64,000 nt of DNA from Candidatus Aphodovivens avicola (GTDB lineage Bacteria > Actinomycetota > Coriobacteriia > Coriobacteriales > Eggerthellaceae), in assembly GCA_018712515.1 (NCBI GenBank), contig DVGW01000050.1:1119-65118 (forward strand). Reading direction: 5' to 3'. Within the stretch, counting starts at the first letter, position 1. Every line of letters begins with the position of its first letter. Shown here in pieces: positions 9,216 to 18,300 of the stretch. A program made the position numbers and the translations under genes. Below the pieces are notes generated by a model, which saw only the letters and a list, made by a program, of their open reading frames with translations, ran no database searches and was not told the DNA's origin.

Positions 9216-10539
9216 GCTCTGTCTCCTTCCTTTCCGTTTCGTCCCGCCCGCCGCGCTCGACCTCCGCGATGCGCCGCGCGAGCCCCGGGCCCCTTTCGCG
9301 GATGCCGTCGCAGAGCCCCAGGTCCCGCCTGATGCCCTTCAGCTCCGCGGCGATTTCCGCGATCCGCGGGTTCGGCGCCGCCGGCTCTCCCCGCGCCCTG
9401 CGGAGGCGCCTCGCCTCGTTTCGCAGCGCGCGCCGTTCGCCGTCCAGGGCCGCCATGCGCTCTTTGAGCGCCTCTTCGTGGGCGAGTAGCTGCCCCTCCG
9501 TCTCGATCCCGTTTTGCGTGAGCAGCGCCAGCTCTCGCGAGATCGCGTCGAGGTTGCGGAGGTCCTCGCGCAGCAGGAAGTGCATGCGGGGGCCGCCCGC
9601 GCCCTGGCGGCGCGGAGCGTTGAGCATCGCCATGTAGCGCCGGTACAGGCTCACGAGGGAGCGGGCCGGGACGGGCGTGGGCTTCGCACGGGTCGGTCTG
9701 GGTCTGCCCACTGGCAGGCGGGGGCGGGCGCTCGAGAGGATGCGCGCGGATATGCCTTCGTAGGAATACCCGTCCCCGAAGTTGCGGCGCAGGCGTACGA
9801 AGCGCTCCTTGCCGGGCGGGCGCACGGAGATGTCCTTGCCCGTCTTCACCTCGTAGCCCATCGCCCGCAGGTTCGCGTAGAACTGGCGCATGGTGGACGC
9901 GCGCGCCACGGCCTCGTCCGCGTCGGCCTTCACGAGGGAGCGCCACGTCGGCCTGCCGTCGCGCTCGGCGCGCCACTCCGCGTAGTGCCTCGACCTCCCC
10001 GGCTCCGGGCGGTCGACCACCGACAGGCCGCGCCCCCGGCACAGCCTGTCGGACGCGCCGCGCATGGCCCGGTAGCAGGCGGTATCGCGGTGGAGGCGCC
10101 TGCCGTCGGCGAAGGAGACGGAGTTGATGACGAAGTGGTTGTGCAGATGCGCCTTGTCCAGGTGCGTGGCCACCACCACCTCGAACCGCGCGCCCCACAG
10201 TTCCCGCGCGAGCGCCACCCCGATTTCGTGCGCGGTCTCGGGGTCTGCCTCGCCGGGCGCGAACGCCTGGTAGCCGTGGAACGCGACGATGCCGCCCTCC
10301 TTGCCGTACTGCCGCTTGGTGGCGTTCATCTCGGCGAGCGCCGTCTCGGGCAGGCAGTTGACGCCGGAGACGTAGCGCTGCTCCTCGGTCTTGCCGGGGT
10401 CCGCGGCGTAGAGGATCGCGGCGCCAACGCCCTGGCGTTCCCACTCGTCGGGCGCGCCCTCGGTCTTGGCCGGGTTCTCCGCGTAGCCCAGCACGCGGGC
10501 GAGCCGCCCCTCCACCTTCCATATCGAAGTGACGGCCAA
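9190..10539 (-). CDS. Relaxase/mobilization nuclease
   Basis: 449 aa. His cluster HLDKAHLHNHFVINSV. TTG start after GGAAGGAGGGG. Sits directly downstream of mobC. Confidence 0.85.
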   Translation of the reverse strand: MAVTSIWKVEGRLARVLGYAENPAKTEGAPDEWERQGVGAAILYAADPGKTEEQRYVSGVNCLPETALAEMNATKRQYGKEGGIVAFHGYQAFAPGEADPETAHEIGVALARELWGARFEVVVATHLDKAHLHNHFVINSVSFADGRRLHRDTACYRAMRGASDRLCRGRGLSVVDRPEPGRSRHYAEWRAERDGRPTWRSLVKADADEAVARASTMRQFYANLRAMGYEVKTGKDISVRPPGKERFVRLRRNFGDGYSYEGISARILSSARPRLPVGRPRPTRAKPTPVPARSLVSLYRRYMAMLNAPRRQGAGGPRMHFLLREDLRNLDAISRELALLTQNGIETEGQLLAHEEALKERMAALDGERRALRNEARRLRRARGEPAAPNPRIAEIAAELKGIRRDLGLCDGIRERGPGLARRIAEVERGGRDETERKETEHGRIERSR

Positions 10540-10540
10540 T

Positions 10541-10870
10541 TCAGCCCCTCCTTCCCGGCTCCTTGACCGCCGCAGCTATCTCGGCGAGCGCGGCCTCCAG
10601 CTTCCGCGCCTCGGCGTCGTAGCGCGCGGCGTCCACGACGTTCAGGACATGCGCCTTGCGGGCTATCTGGTTGAGGTTGCTCCCTATCGCATGCAGCTCG
10701 CGCGCCATCGCCAGGTAGTCGGGCGGGGGCTTGGGCTTCGGCTCGATGCCGCCTATGAGCGCCCGCAGGTATGCCTCCTGCGACCAGCCCGCCGCCCCCG
10801 CGGCCGCCTTCAGCCGGGCCAGCTCGTCCTCGGTGAGCCTCACCGTCGCCTTCCGCGTCCGTCTTTCCAC
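10541..10870 (-). CDS. mobC: MobC relaxosome accessory protein
   Basis: The track ORF is trimmed to GTG 10870 (RBS GGAGG, 7-nt spacer). 109 aa with the RLTEDELARLK...ELHAIGSNLNQIARKAH MobC signature. Confidence 0.8.
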   Translation of the reverse strand: MERRTRKATVRLTEDELARLKAAAGAAGWSQEAYLRALIGGIEPKPKPPPDYLAMARELHAIGSNLNQIARKAHVLNVVDAARYDAEARKLEAALAEIAAAVKEPGRRG

Positions 10871-11007
10871 GGGACCGCCTCCTCTGCGGGGGTTGCAGGG
10901 GATCCCCCCTGCCTCGGCCGAATGCCAGCATTCGGCGTTGCTTGCTGGTACGTGGCGGCGTTCCGCCGCAGGGGCGGCGGGCTCCGCGACCCGCCGAGAG
11001 AGGGGCC
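10871..11007 (-). promoter_or_regulatory. Candidate oriT / mob promoter region
   Basis: A 137-nt intergenic region upstream of mobC with three short inverted repeats: GCAGGGG-atcc-CCCCTGC, GCCGAATGC-ca-GCATTCGGC and CCGCCGC-aggg-GCGGCGG. Confidence 0.35.
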
Positions 11008-11985
11008 TCACCTCGCCCTGCCCGCATCGGCCCTCGCCCCGCGCGAGTACCTCGTCGTCAGGAACTCGTTCACGTCCTTCCCCGCAGGCGGGTGCGCGAT
11101 CCGCGCGGGGACCCCCCGCGCCTCCAGCGCGCGTGCGACCGCCGTCGCCGCCGATTTGCCGGCGTCGTCGTTGTCGAGGTGCAGCCTGACTTCGCGAACG
11201 TCTCCGCCATGGTCGTCGAGGTATTGCCTGAGCGGGGCAGGCAGGCCCGGCCCGCCGTCCGCCGAGCGCGGCACCGCCACCCCGCCGAGAGACAGCATCG
11301 CCCGCCCGCGCCACTCGCCGCCCTCGATCTCCACGATGGTGGCGAAGCTGAGGGCGTCGATGGCCGACTCGAACACGTGGAGCCGCCCGTCGGGCCTGCC
11401 GCCAGGGAGGCTGAAGGCGAAGCGCTTGTCGGAGCCGGGCGCCTCGCCCTTGTAGCTTCCCCTGCACGAGCGCAGCGCCGCGTAGCGCGGGGCGCCGGAA
11501 GGGTCGCGCCCGACGAACACGGCGTGGGGCGACCCTTTTCGCAACGTGCCGTAGACGTCGCCGCGACTCATGAGTTCGGCCGCGACGCTTTCGGATACGC
11601 CTCTCGACCGCAGGTAGCGCGCCGCCTCGTCGTCCGCGCAGCGGCGCGGCAGGCGGAACGGCTGGCGTCCGGGCGGGGCGGCGCGCTCGGGAGGCTCGCG
11701 GAGCCGCGCGGGCGAGATGGCCGGGCTCCCTTCGAGCAGATGCTCGGCCGCGTCGAGGAAGGACATCCCGCGCACCTTGACGAGGAAGTCGAGCGCGCTC
11801 CTGCCGCCGATCCCGCGGCTCCACCAGTACCACTTGCCGTTCGAGATTTTCAGGCTGTCGTGCTCCTTTGTGCAGAAGGCGGCAGGCGACACCCGCACGA
11901 GTTCGTCGGGCTCGCGCTCCCTGAGGTAGGTGAGGAGGTCTATCCGCTTGATTTCGGAGACGACCTCGGGAGGTATATATGGCAT
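11008..11985 (-). CDS. DUF3991/Toprim domain primase-like protein
   Basis: 325 aa. N-terminal DLLTYL...GGRSALDFL. C-terminal Toprim DNDDAGK. Confidence 0.8.
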   Translation of the reverse strand: MPYIPPEVVSEIKRIDLLTYLREREPDELVRVSPAAFCTKEHDSLKISNGKWYWWSRGIGGRSALDFLVKVRGMSFLDAAEHLLEGSPAISPARLREPPERAAPPGRQPFRLPRRCADDEAARYLRSRGVSESVAAELMSRGDVYGTLRKGSPHAVFVGRDPSGAPRYAALRSCRGSYKGEAPGSDKRFAFSLPGGRPDGRLHVFESAIDALSFATIVEIEGGEWRGRAMLSLGGVAVPRSADGGPGLPAPLRQYLDDHGGDVREVRLHLDNDDAGKSAATAVARALEARGVPARIAHPPAGKDVNEFLTTRYSRGARADAGRAR

Positions 11986-12026
11986 GATGAACTCCTAAAA
12001 GCTTCTTCGGAAAGGAGGAGGTACGG

Positions 12027-12659
12027 ATGACGACTTCGGTCGAATGGGATTATTTCCTGTCAATCGAGGAGGACTTCATTAGGACGATTCCCTTCGTTGA
12101 GCCTCGCGAAGGAAACTTCGACACCTATTCAACGCAATATGCGAAGATTCTCCTTGCGGCCGCTTCCGAAACGGATACGGTGCTGAAGCGACTGTGCAAG
12201 ACGATCGATCCCAGCTGTAGGAAAAAGAGTGAGCAGGGCTATCGCGAGTTCTTGGTGAAGGGGAAAAGAGTTCCGCTCTTAAACGCCAAAGCGAAGTCTT
12301 TGCGTTTTGGCCTGTCCTCCACGCCTTGGGCAAGCTATGATTTCGACAATCCTCAGACTCCCGAATGGTGGACCGCATACAACAAGGTCAAGCATCATTT
12401 GGACGAAGGTTTCCGCAGGGCAACGCTTCGAAATACTTTCGATGCGATATGCGGCCTTTTTGTATCGCTGCTGTTTCTGTATGAAACGGAGGGGCTTCTC
12501 CAACTATCCCCCGCACCTCGGCTTCTCGATGTTGAGGAGGGGTTCAGGGCAAAGAGGACCCGCTTGATAAGCACCGAAGAAACGGCATTGTTGCTCATTG
12601 CAAATCTTCCAGATGACCGACGTAAATTATTCGAGGACGCCTTCTCTGGCCCATCCTAA
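12027..12659 (+). CDS. Hypothetical protein, 210 aa (lower GC). Candidate nuclease or abortive-infection-type cargo.
   Basis: RBS AAAGGAGGAGG before ATG 12027. Lower GC than the flanks. The 3' end overlaps the convergent C5-methyltransferase gene by 33 nt. Contains WWTAYNKVKHH. No secure family. Confidence 0.6.
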   Translation: MTTSVEWDYFLSIEEDFIRTIPFVEPREGNFDTYSTQYAKILLAAASETDTVLKRLCKTIDPSCRKKSEQGYREFLVKGKRVPLLNAKAKSLRFGLSSTPWASYDFDNPQTPEWWTAYNKVKHHLDEGFRRATLRNTFDAICGLFVSLLFLYETEGLLQLSPAPRLLDVEEGFRAKRTRLISTEETALLLIANLPDDRRKLFEDAFSGPS

Positions 12660-13997
12660 AGCCCCCTCTATCCGCCGCCCGATCCATGCGATGACCGGGA
12701 CTGCCATGGAGTTGCCCAAGGCCTTGTAGCGCTGGGTGTCGGGGGCTGGTTTGCCTCGGTATTCCACGTCGGTCCACCCGTCGGGGAAACCTTGGAGCCT
12801 CTCGCATTCGACCGGCGTCAGCCGTCTCACGGCAGGCCCCTGCATCACGTGGCTCGCCTGCTTCGTCCCGGGCTGCGCGGCGAGCGCGCCCACGTGGTCG
12901 CCCGACTCGCCGACCAGCCTCACCTCGTCGCGGACGTTCTGGGAGAATGCGGCGACGGGTCCGATGTTCGCCGGCGACCCGCCTACTTTCAGCGCCCCCG
13001 CGAGCTCGATGTCGCACGAGGCGTTGGCCGAGTCGCCGGAGAGGCACGCCATCGGCGGCCCCTTCGCGGAGCACGCCGTCATGCACCCGCACAGCTCCTC
13101 CGACGCCGACGCGTTGGGGTTCGTCGAGGCGATTCCCAGCACCCTGGGTTCGGTCGCCCCGCCGGGAATGGCGACGGCGTGGCGGTCCGCGGCGGTGAGC
13201 GTGTACATCCCCGATTCGTCGGGATCGCAGAACCCGGCGCCGTTGCCCCCGGCGGTATCGCTGCGGTCTATGACGTTGCCCACGATCCCGAAGCACACCG
13301 CCGGGCAGCGGCCCGCGGTCACGGTCGGCGAGCGCTCGTCGGAGTATCCCACCCCCTTCGCGGCTGCGGAGGCGTTGAACTTGAAGCCTGCCGCTCCAGC
13401 GCCCCCTCCAGCTGCGCGGGCAAGGGCCGCCCTCTTTTCCTTGCTCGACGGAGTATCCCAGCGCAGGCCCTCGCGCTCAAATAGTATTTCGCAGGCACGG
13501 GCCGCGTCTCCAAGCACTCCGACAAGAAAGACACGCTCGCGTCTTTGGGCCAGGCCGAAAAACTGCGCGTCCAGAATTCTCCACGCCAAACCGTACCCGA
13601 CCTCATCCATCTCCCTGAGCAGGAGTCCGAAAGCCTTCCCGCCCTCGCACGAGAGCGCTCCCGGCACGTTCTCCCACACGAAGCATCGAGGACGGATCTC
13701 ACGTACAGCCCGAATGTACTCGAGCATGAGGCCGGATTCGCCCGAGAGCCCCGTCCGGCTTCCGGCGACGGAGAAGCTTTGGCAGGGGCTCCCCCCGATG
13801 ACGACGTCCGTTTTCCCATGCAGCTCCTTCCAATCGACTTCGCGTATATCGCCCAGGTTGGGCACGTGCGGGAAACGCGCCGAGAGCACCGCGCGGCAGA
13901 AGGGGTCGATCTCGCTGAAGGCGACCGCCTCCCACCCGAGCGGGCCCCATGCGCAGCTGGCGGCCTCGATCCCCGAGAACAGGCTCACGTACCTCAT
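12627..13997 (-). CDS. DNA (cytosine-5)-methyltransferase
   Basis: Trimmed to ATG 13997 (MRYVSLFSGIE), overlapping the upstream stop as ATGA. Motifs FSGIEA (I), GSPCQSFS (IV), ENVPG (VI), GNSMAVPV (X). Confidence 0.9.
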   Translation of the reverse strand: MRYVSLFSGIEAASCAWGPLGWEAVAFSEIDPFCRAVLSARFPHVPNLGDIREVDWKELHGKTDVVIGGSPCQSFSVAGSRTGLSGESGLMLEYIRAVREIRPRCFVWENVPGALSCEGGKAFGLLLREMDEVGYGLAWRILDAQFFGLAQRRERVFLVGVLGDAARACEILFEREGLRWDTPSSKEKRAALARAAGGGAGAAGFKFNASAAAKGVGYSDERSPTVTAGRCPAVCFGIVGNVIDRSDTAGGNGAGFCDPDESGMYTLTAADRHAVAIPGGATEPRVLGIASTNPNASASEELCGCMTACSAKGPPMACLSGDSANASCDIELAGALKVGGSPANIGPVAAFSQNVRDEVRLVGESGDHVGALAAQPGTKQASHVMQGPAVRRLTPVECERLQGFPDGWTDVEYRGKPAPDTQRYKALGNSMAVPVIAWIGRRIEGALGWAREGVLE

Positions 13998-14656
13998 AGC
14001 CCCGCCGCCCTTCGCAGGGGGACCTCGCGCTCGCACACCTCCACGATGTGCTGGCACAGCTCGTCGGGTATCCGGCCGCGCTCCCTCGCGTTCGCCAGCC
14101 CCTGCGTGCCCGTCTTCGACCCGCGCGGGGCCGGCTCGTGGCAGGGTGCGCCGTTCCTGCAGGGCGGGCGGAAGGCCGGGTCGGAGGCGTTGGTGAAGAT
14201 GTCGGTCGGCTTCATCACGCGCGCGCCGTACTGGCAGTAGGTGACGGTGTGGCGCGGGACGATCGCCATCATGTCCTGCTTGCGCAGGCCCGCCCGGGGG
14301 TTCTCGATGAAGTAGAGCGCCGGGCGCAGGTCGCGGATGAGGCGGAGCATGGCGAGGTCAACTCGGTCGCATTTGAGGGCGTATTCGCTCACCGCGTCCA
14401 AGTTGCCCGTGTTGGCGTTTTTCCTCCTGTGGCGGGAGATTCCCGCCATGGAGAAGGTTGCGCAGTCCGGCGACGCCCAGATCACGTCCGGGGCGCCGAA
14501 CATCCATATGACGTCTCGCGGCTTCAGGAACTCGATGTCGGCGTGCAGGTCGGCGGGAAGCGACTCGTCCCACTCCACCGAGAAGACCTCGTGGCCGCGC
14601 GCCTCGAAAGCCTTGCCGATGGAGCGCGTGCCGCTGAAAAGTTCAAGGACCTTCAT
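13994..14656 (-). CDS. Small C5 DNA methyltransferase-like protein
   Basis: 220 aa from ATG 14656 (RBS GAAGGAG). Motifs LELFSGT, ASPDCATFS (PC motif), IENP. Confidence 0.7.
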   Translation of the reverse strand: MKVLELFSGTRSIGKAFEARGHEVFSVEWDESLPADLHADIEFLKPRDVIWMFGAPDVIWASPDCATFSMAGISRHRRKNANTGNLDAVSEYALKCDRVDLAMLRLIRDLRPALYFIENPRAGLRKQDMMAIVPRHTVTYCQYGARVMKPTDIFTNASDPAFRPPCRNGAPCHEPAPRGSKTGTQGLANARERGRIPDELCQHIVEVCEREVPLRRAAGL

Positions 14657-14670
14657 AGGGCTCCTTCGCA

Positions 14671-14708
14671 TATAAAGGAAGCGCCCCGGCTGTGCCGCGG
14701 GCGCTTCC
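14671..14708 (-). terminator. Hairpin plus T-tract between yoeB and the methyltransferase genes
   Basis: GGAAGCGCCC-12 nt-GGGCGCTTCC (14677-14708), followed on the minus strand by TTTATA. The methyltransferase RBS follows immediately. Confidence 0.5.
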
Positions 14709-14740
14709 TGTCCTGATTTATTCGGTTGTTTCTGGAGGGG

Positions 14741-15010
14741 CTACTGGTAATGCCCCTTGCAGGAGACGATGAGCAGCGCATCGCCCTCGATCTTGTAGAC
14801 CAGCCTGTTCGCGGCGTCTATGCGCACGCTGGACAGCCCGAAGCGGCTGTGCTTCAGGCGCTCGGCCTTGCCCATGGGGGCGGAGCCGGGCTCGCCGGCG
14901 CTCCGCTCGATGTCCTTGATGAGCTTGTTGATCCGCTTCAGTGTCTTCCTGTCCTGGGACTGCCACCATACGTAGTCGTCCCAGGCGGGATCGCTCCAGA
15001 CCTTCCTCAT
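14741..15010 (-). CDS. yoeB: YoeB/Txe family toxin
   Basis: 89 aa. W..AWDDY.WW...D.K..KRINKLIKDI.R ... CKGHY matches YoeB end to end. Confidence 0.9.
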   Translation of the reverse strand: MRKVWSDPAWDDYVWWQSQDRKTLKRINKLIKDIERSAGEPGSAPMGKAERLKHSRFGLSSVRIDAANRLVYKIEGDALLIVSCKGHYQ

Positions 15011-15265
15011 CTACGCCTCGACCAGCTCGTGCTCGGACGCGTTGCCCTCGAGCATGGACAGGTAGATCGAATCCATCTTGGCCGCGAACTCGCGCTCGGT
15101 GGGGACGGGCGCCGTCACGGCGAAGGGGAACCCGCGGTGCGCCACGAACTGCCGCGCGAACACGTTGAACACCGCCGTGGGAGTGAGGCCGATGTCGGAG
15201 GACACCTCCTCCAGCTCGCGCTTGAGGTCGGAGTCGAGCCTGATGTTGAGCGTGCTTGTCGCCAT
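15011..15265 (-). CDS. RelB/DinJ family antitoxin
   Basis: Start moved to ATG 15265 (RBS GGGAGG, 4-nt spacer). The stretch TLNIRLDSDLKRELEEV..DIGLT...FNVFARQ is the DinJ-type ribbon-helix-helix. Its stop abuts the yoeB start. Confidence 0.75.
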   Translation of the reverse strand: MATSTLNIRLDSDLKRELEEVSSDIGLTPTAVFNVFARQFVAHRGFPFAVTAPVPTEREFAAKMDSIYLSMLEGNASEHELVEA

Positions 15266-15362
15266 GATGCCTCCCAATGAGAAACCTTCCTTTCCGATGA
15301 TTGTACATCAATGCTATACAATATGCACCTGAATTGCACCTTATGTGGCGCAAAATGATTAT

Positions 15363-18300
15363 CTATCTCTCCATAAGGAGCTCCTTCTCGACGGGCCTTC
15401 CATCTTCGCCGCCATCGCAGAGCAGCTCGGGGCCTCCCTTCCCCATGTCGAGGAGGGCGTCGAGCTCGGCGAGGCGGGCGGACTTCTCCCTCAGCCGCTC
15501 TTCATGGGGGAACGGCTTCGAGGCCTCCTCCCGGGCCGCGGCGAGCTGCCTCCTCGCCTCGTCGGCCTTCGCGCGGCAGTCCTCCAGCTCGCGCGGGATC
15601 CTCGCCATCGCGTTGTCGATCCTCGTTACGATTCCGGAGGGGTCGGATCCCATGGCGCACCTGTGGCGCGCGTCACCGACGATGACGACCTCGAACGCGG
15701 CGTCGACGCGGTTGAAGTAGAGCTCGAGCGAGAACCCGCGGTACGCGCCCAGGGGCTCGCTCCGAGCGTCCGCCGCCAGGCCGCATGCGGCGATGATCGC
15801 CTCGCCTGCTGCGGCGCGCCCGCTTTGCACCGTTCCGCGGACCTCCATGAGGAACGCTTCCTTCGCGGGCGGCGGGTTGGCCCGCGCCCTCTCCGCGTCG
15901 GCCTCCAGCTTCTCGGCCTGCGACGCGAGGGCCGCTATCCGCTCCGGGTACTCCCTCGCCGCCTTGTCCTCCAGCGCGTATCTCTGGGCGAGGTGGTCCG
16001 CCTTCAGCACCCTCAGGCGGGACACCTCCACCTCGAGGTCCATCCTCTCCTTTATGAGCGGGTTTCCCGTGGCGAGCGCCTTCAGCTCGGCGTAGGAGAG
16101 CGCCGCCTCATCCACGTCGGACGCCGACCTCACGGGCGACTTCGAGGTCATGACCTGCCCGATGAAGCGCTGCTTGCCCTCGACCACCTGGTACAGGTAC
16201 GCATCGAAGGTGCCCTCGGTCACGTAGCGGTACGCTTCGACCTCCTCGTTCATGTTCCCCTGGCGCTCGATGCGGCCGAGCCGCTGCTGGAGGTCGGCCG
16301 GCCGCCACGGGCAGTCGAGGTCGTGAATCGCGACAAGCCGTCGCTGCACGTTGGTCCCCGCGCCCATCTTCTGCGTCGAGCCCATGAGGATGCGCACCGC
16401 CCCGGAGTTCACCCTGCCGAAGAGCGCCAGCTTCTTCGCCTCGGTGTCGGCGTCGTGGATGAAGGCGATCTCATCATCGGGCACGCCCCGCTCCACGAGC
16501 TTGCGCCTCAGGTCGTCGTACACGCTGAACCCCGCGCCGCCCTTCGGTGTTGACAGGTCGCAGAACACGAGCTGGGTGAGGCGCTCGTTCGCTCCGTCGC
16601 GCCAGATGCGCAGGACGTTCTCCACGCAGGCGTTGACCTTGCTGCCCGCGAAATCGGGCAGGTCCGGGTCTTGGAGCCTCTGGTCAAGGGCGATCTTGCG
16701 CCCGTCGTTGGTTATGAGCAGCATGTTGTCCTTCTCGGCGGGTACGCGCCCGGCCCTCACCGCGTCGGCGCGCTCCGCGAGCCCCGCCACCAGCTCGCGC
16801 TGGATCGGCGACGGCTGGACGGCCACGCTGCGCAGGCGCACCCTCGGGACGGGCAGCTCCAGCATGTCTGCCGTCTGCACGTCGGCGACCTGCTTGAACG
16901 TCGCCATGAGCTCGGGCAGGTTGTAGAAGCGCGAGAACCGCGTCTTCTGGCGGTAGCCGGTGCCTTCCGGGGCCAGCTCCAGCGCCGTCACCGTCTCGCC
17001 GAACGTCGAGGCCCAGCAGTCGAAGTGGGACAGCCCCAGCCGTTCCAGCTCGCCGTACTGGAGGTAACGCTGCATCGTGTAGAGCTCCGCCATGGAGTTC
17101 GACACCGGGGTGCCCGTGGCGAACACGGTGCCGCGCCCGCCGGTCTGCCGGTCGAGGATGCGGCACTTCATGAACAGGTCGGAGGACTTCTTGGCCTCGC
17201 TCTGGGCGATGCCGCCGACGTTGCGCATCTTGGTGTGGAAGAAAAGGTTCTTGTAGTAGTGGGCCTCGTCGACGAAGATCCGGTCGACGCCCAGTTCCTC
17301 GAAGGTGAGCACGTCGTCCTTGTCCGACTGGTCTGCCAGCTTGGCGAGCCTGGCCTCCAGCCGCTTCTTGGTCGCCTCCATCTGCTTTACGCCGAAGCGC
17401 TCGCCCCTCTGCGCCTTGAGGTCGGAGATCCCGTCGGCTATCTCGGCTATCTGCTCCTCGATGAACGCCCGCTGGCGATCCACCGAGACCGGTATCTTCT
17501 CGAACTGCGTGTGCCCGATGATCACGCCGTCCCAGTCGCCCGACGCGATGCGCGCGCAGAACCGCTTGCGGTTCTGCCTTTCGAAGTCGCGCTTCGTCGC
17601 CACGAGCAGGTTCGCCGCCGGGTAGAGGCGCATCCATTCCGAGGCCCATTGCCCGGTGAGGTGGTTCGGCACGACGAACGTCGGCTTGCTGCACAGCCCC
17701 ATGCGGCGAAGCTCCATCGCCGCCGCGGCCATGGTGAACGTCTTCCCCGCGCCCACTTCGTGGGCGAGGAGCGCGTTGCCGCCGTAGAGGATGCGCGCAA
17801 CGGCGTTCCTCTGATGCGGCCTCAGCTCGATCTCGGGGTTCATCCCGGGGAACCGGAGATGCGACCCGTCGAACTCGCGCGGCCTCGTCGAGTTGAACCT
17901 CTCGTTGTAGACGGCCGTCAGCCGTTCGCGGCGGGCCGCGTCGGAGAAGACCCATTCCTTGAAGGCGGACTTGATAGCGTCCTGCTTGGCGAGCGCCACC
18001 GCGGTCTCCTTCCTGTTGAGCACCGCCTTCTTCCTGCCGTTCTCGTCCTCCGTGTAGTCGACCACGCGCGCGTCCTTCAGGTTGAGGGTCTCCTCGATGA
18101 TCTGGTAGGCGCTCATGCGGCGGGTGCCGTAGGTCGACAGCGCCCGCACGTTGGAGCCGTCGCGTCCCTTGCCCTCGATCCGCCACTGCGCCGTGACGGC
18201 CGAGTACCGCACCGCGATGCGCTCGCGCACCCAGTAGGGCGGCTCCAGGAGCTCGATGATGAAGTCCCGCACGTCGTCGGGCGGGATCCACGTCGCGCCG

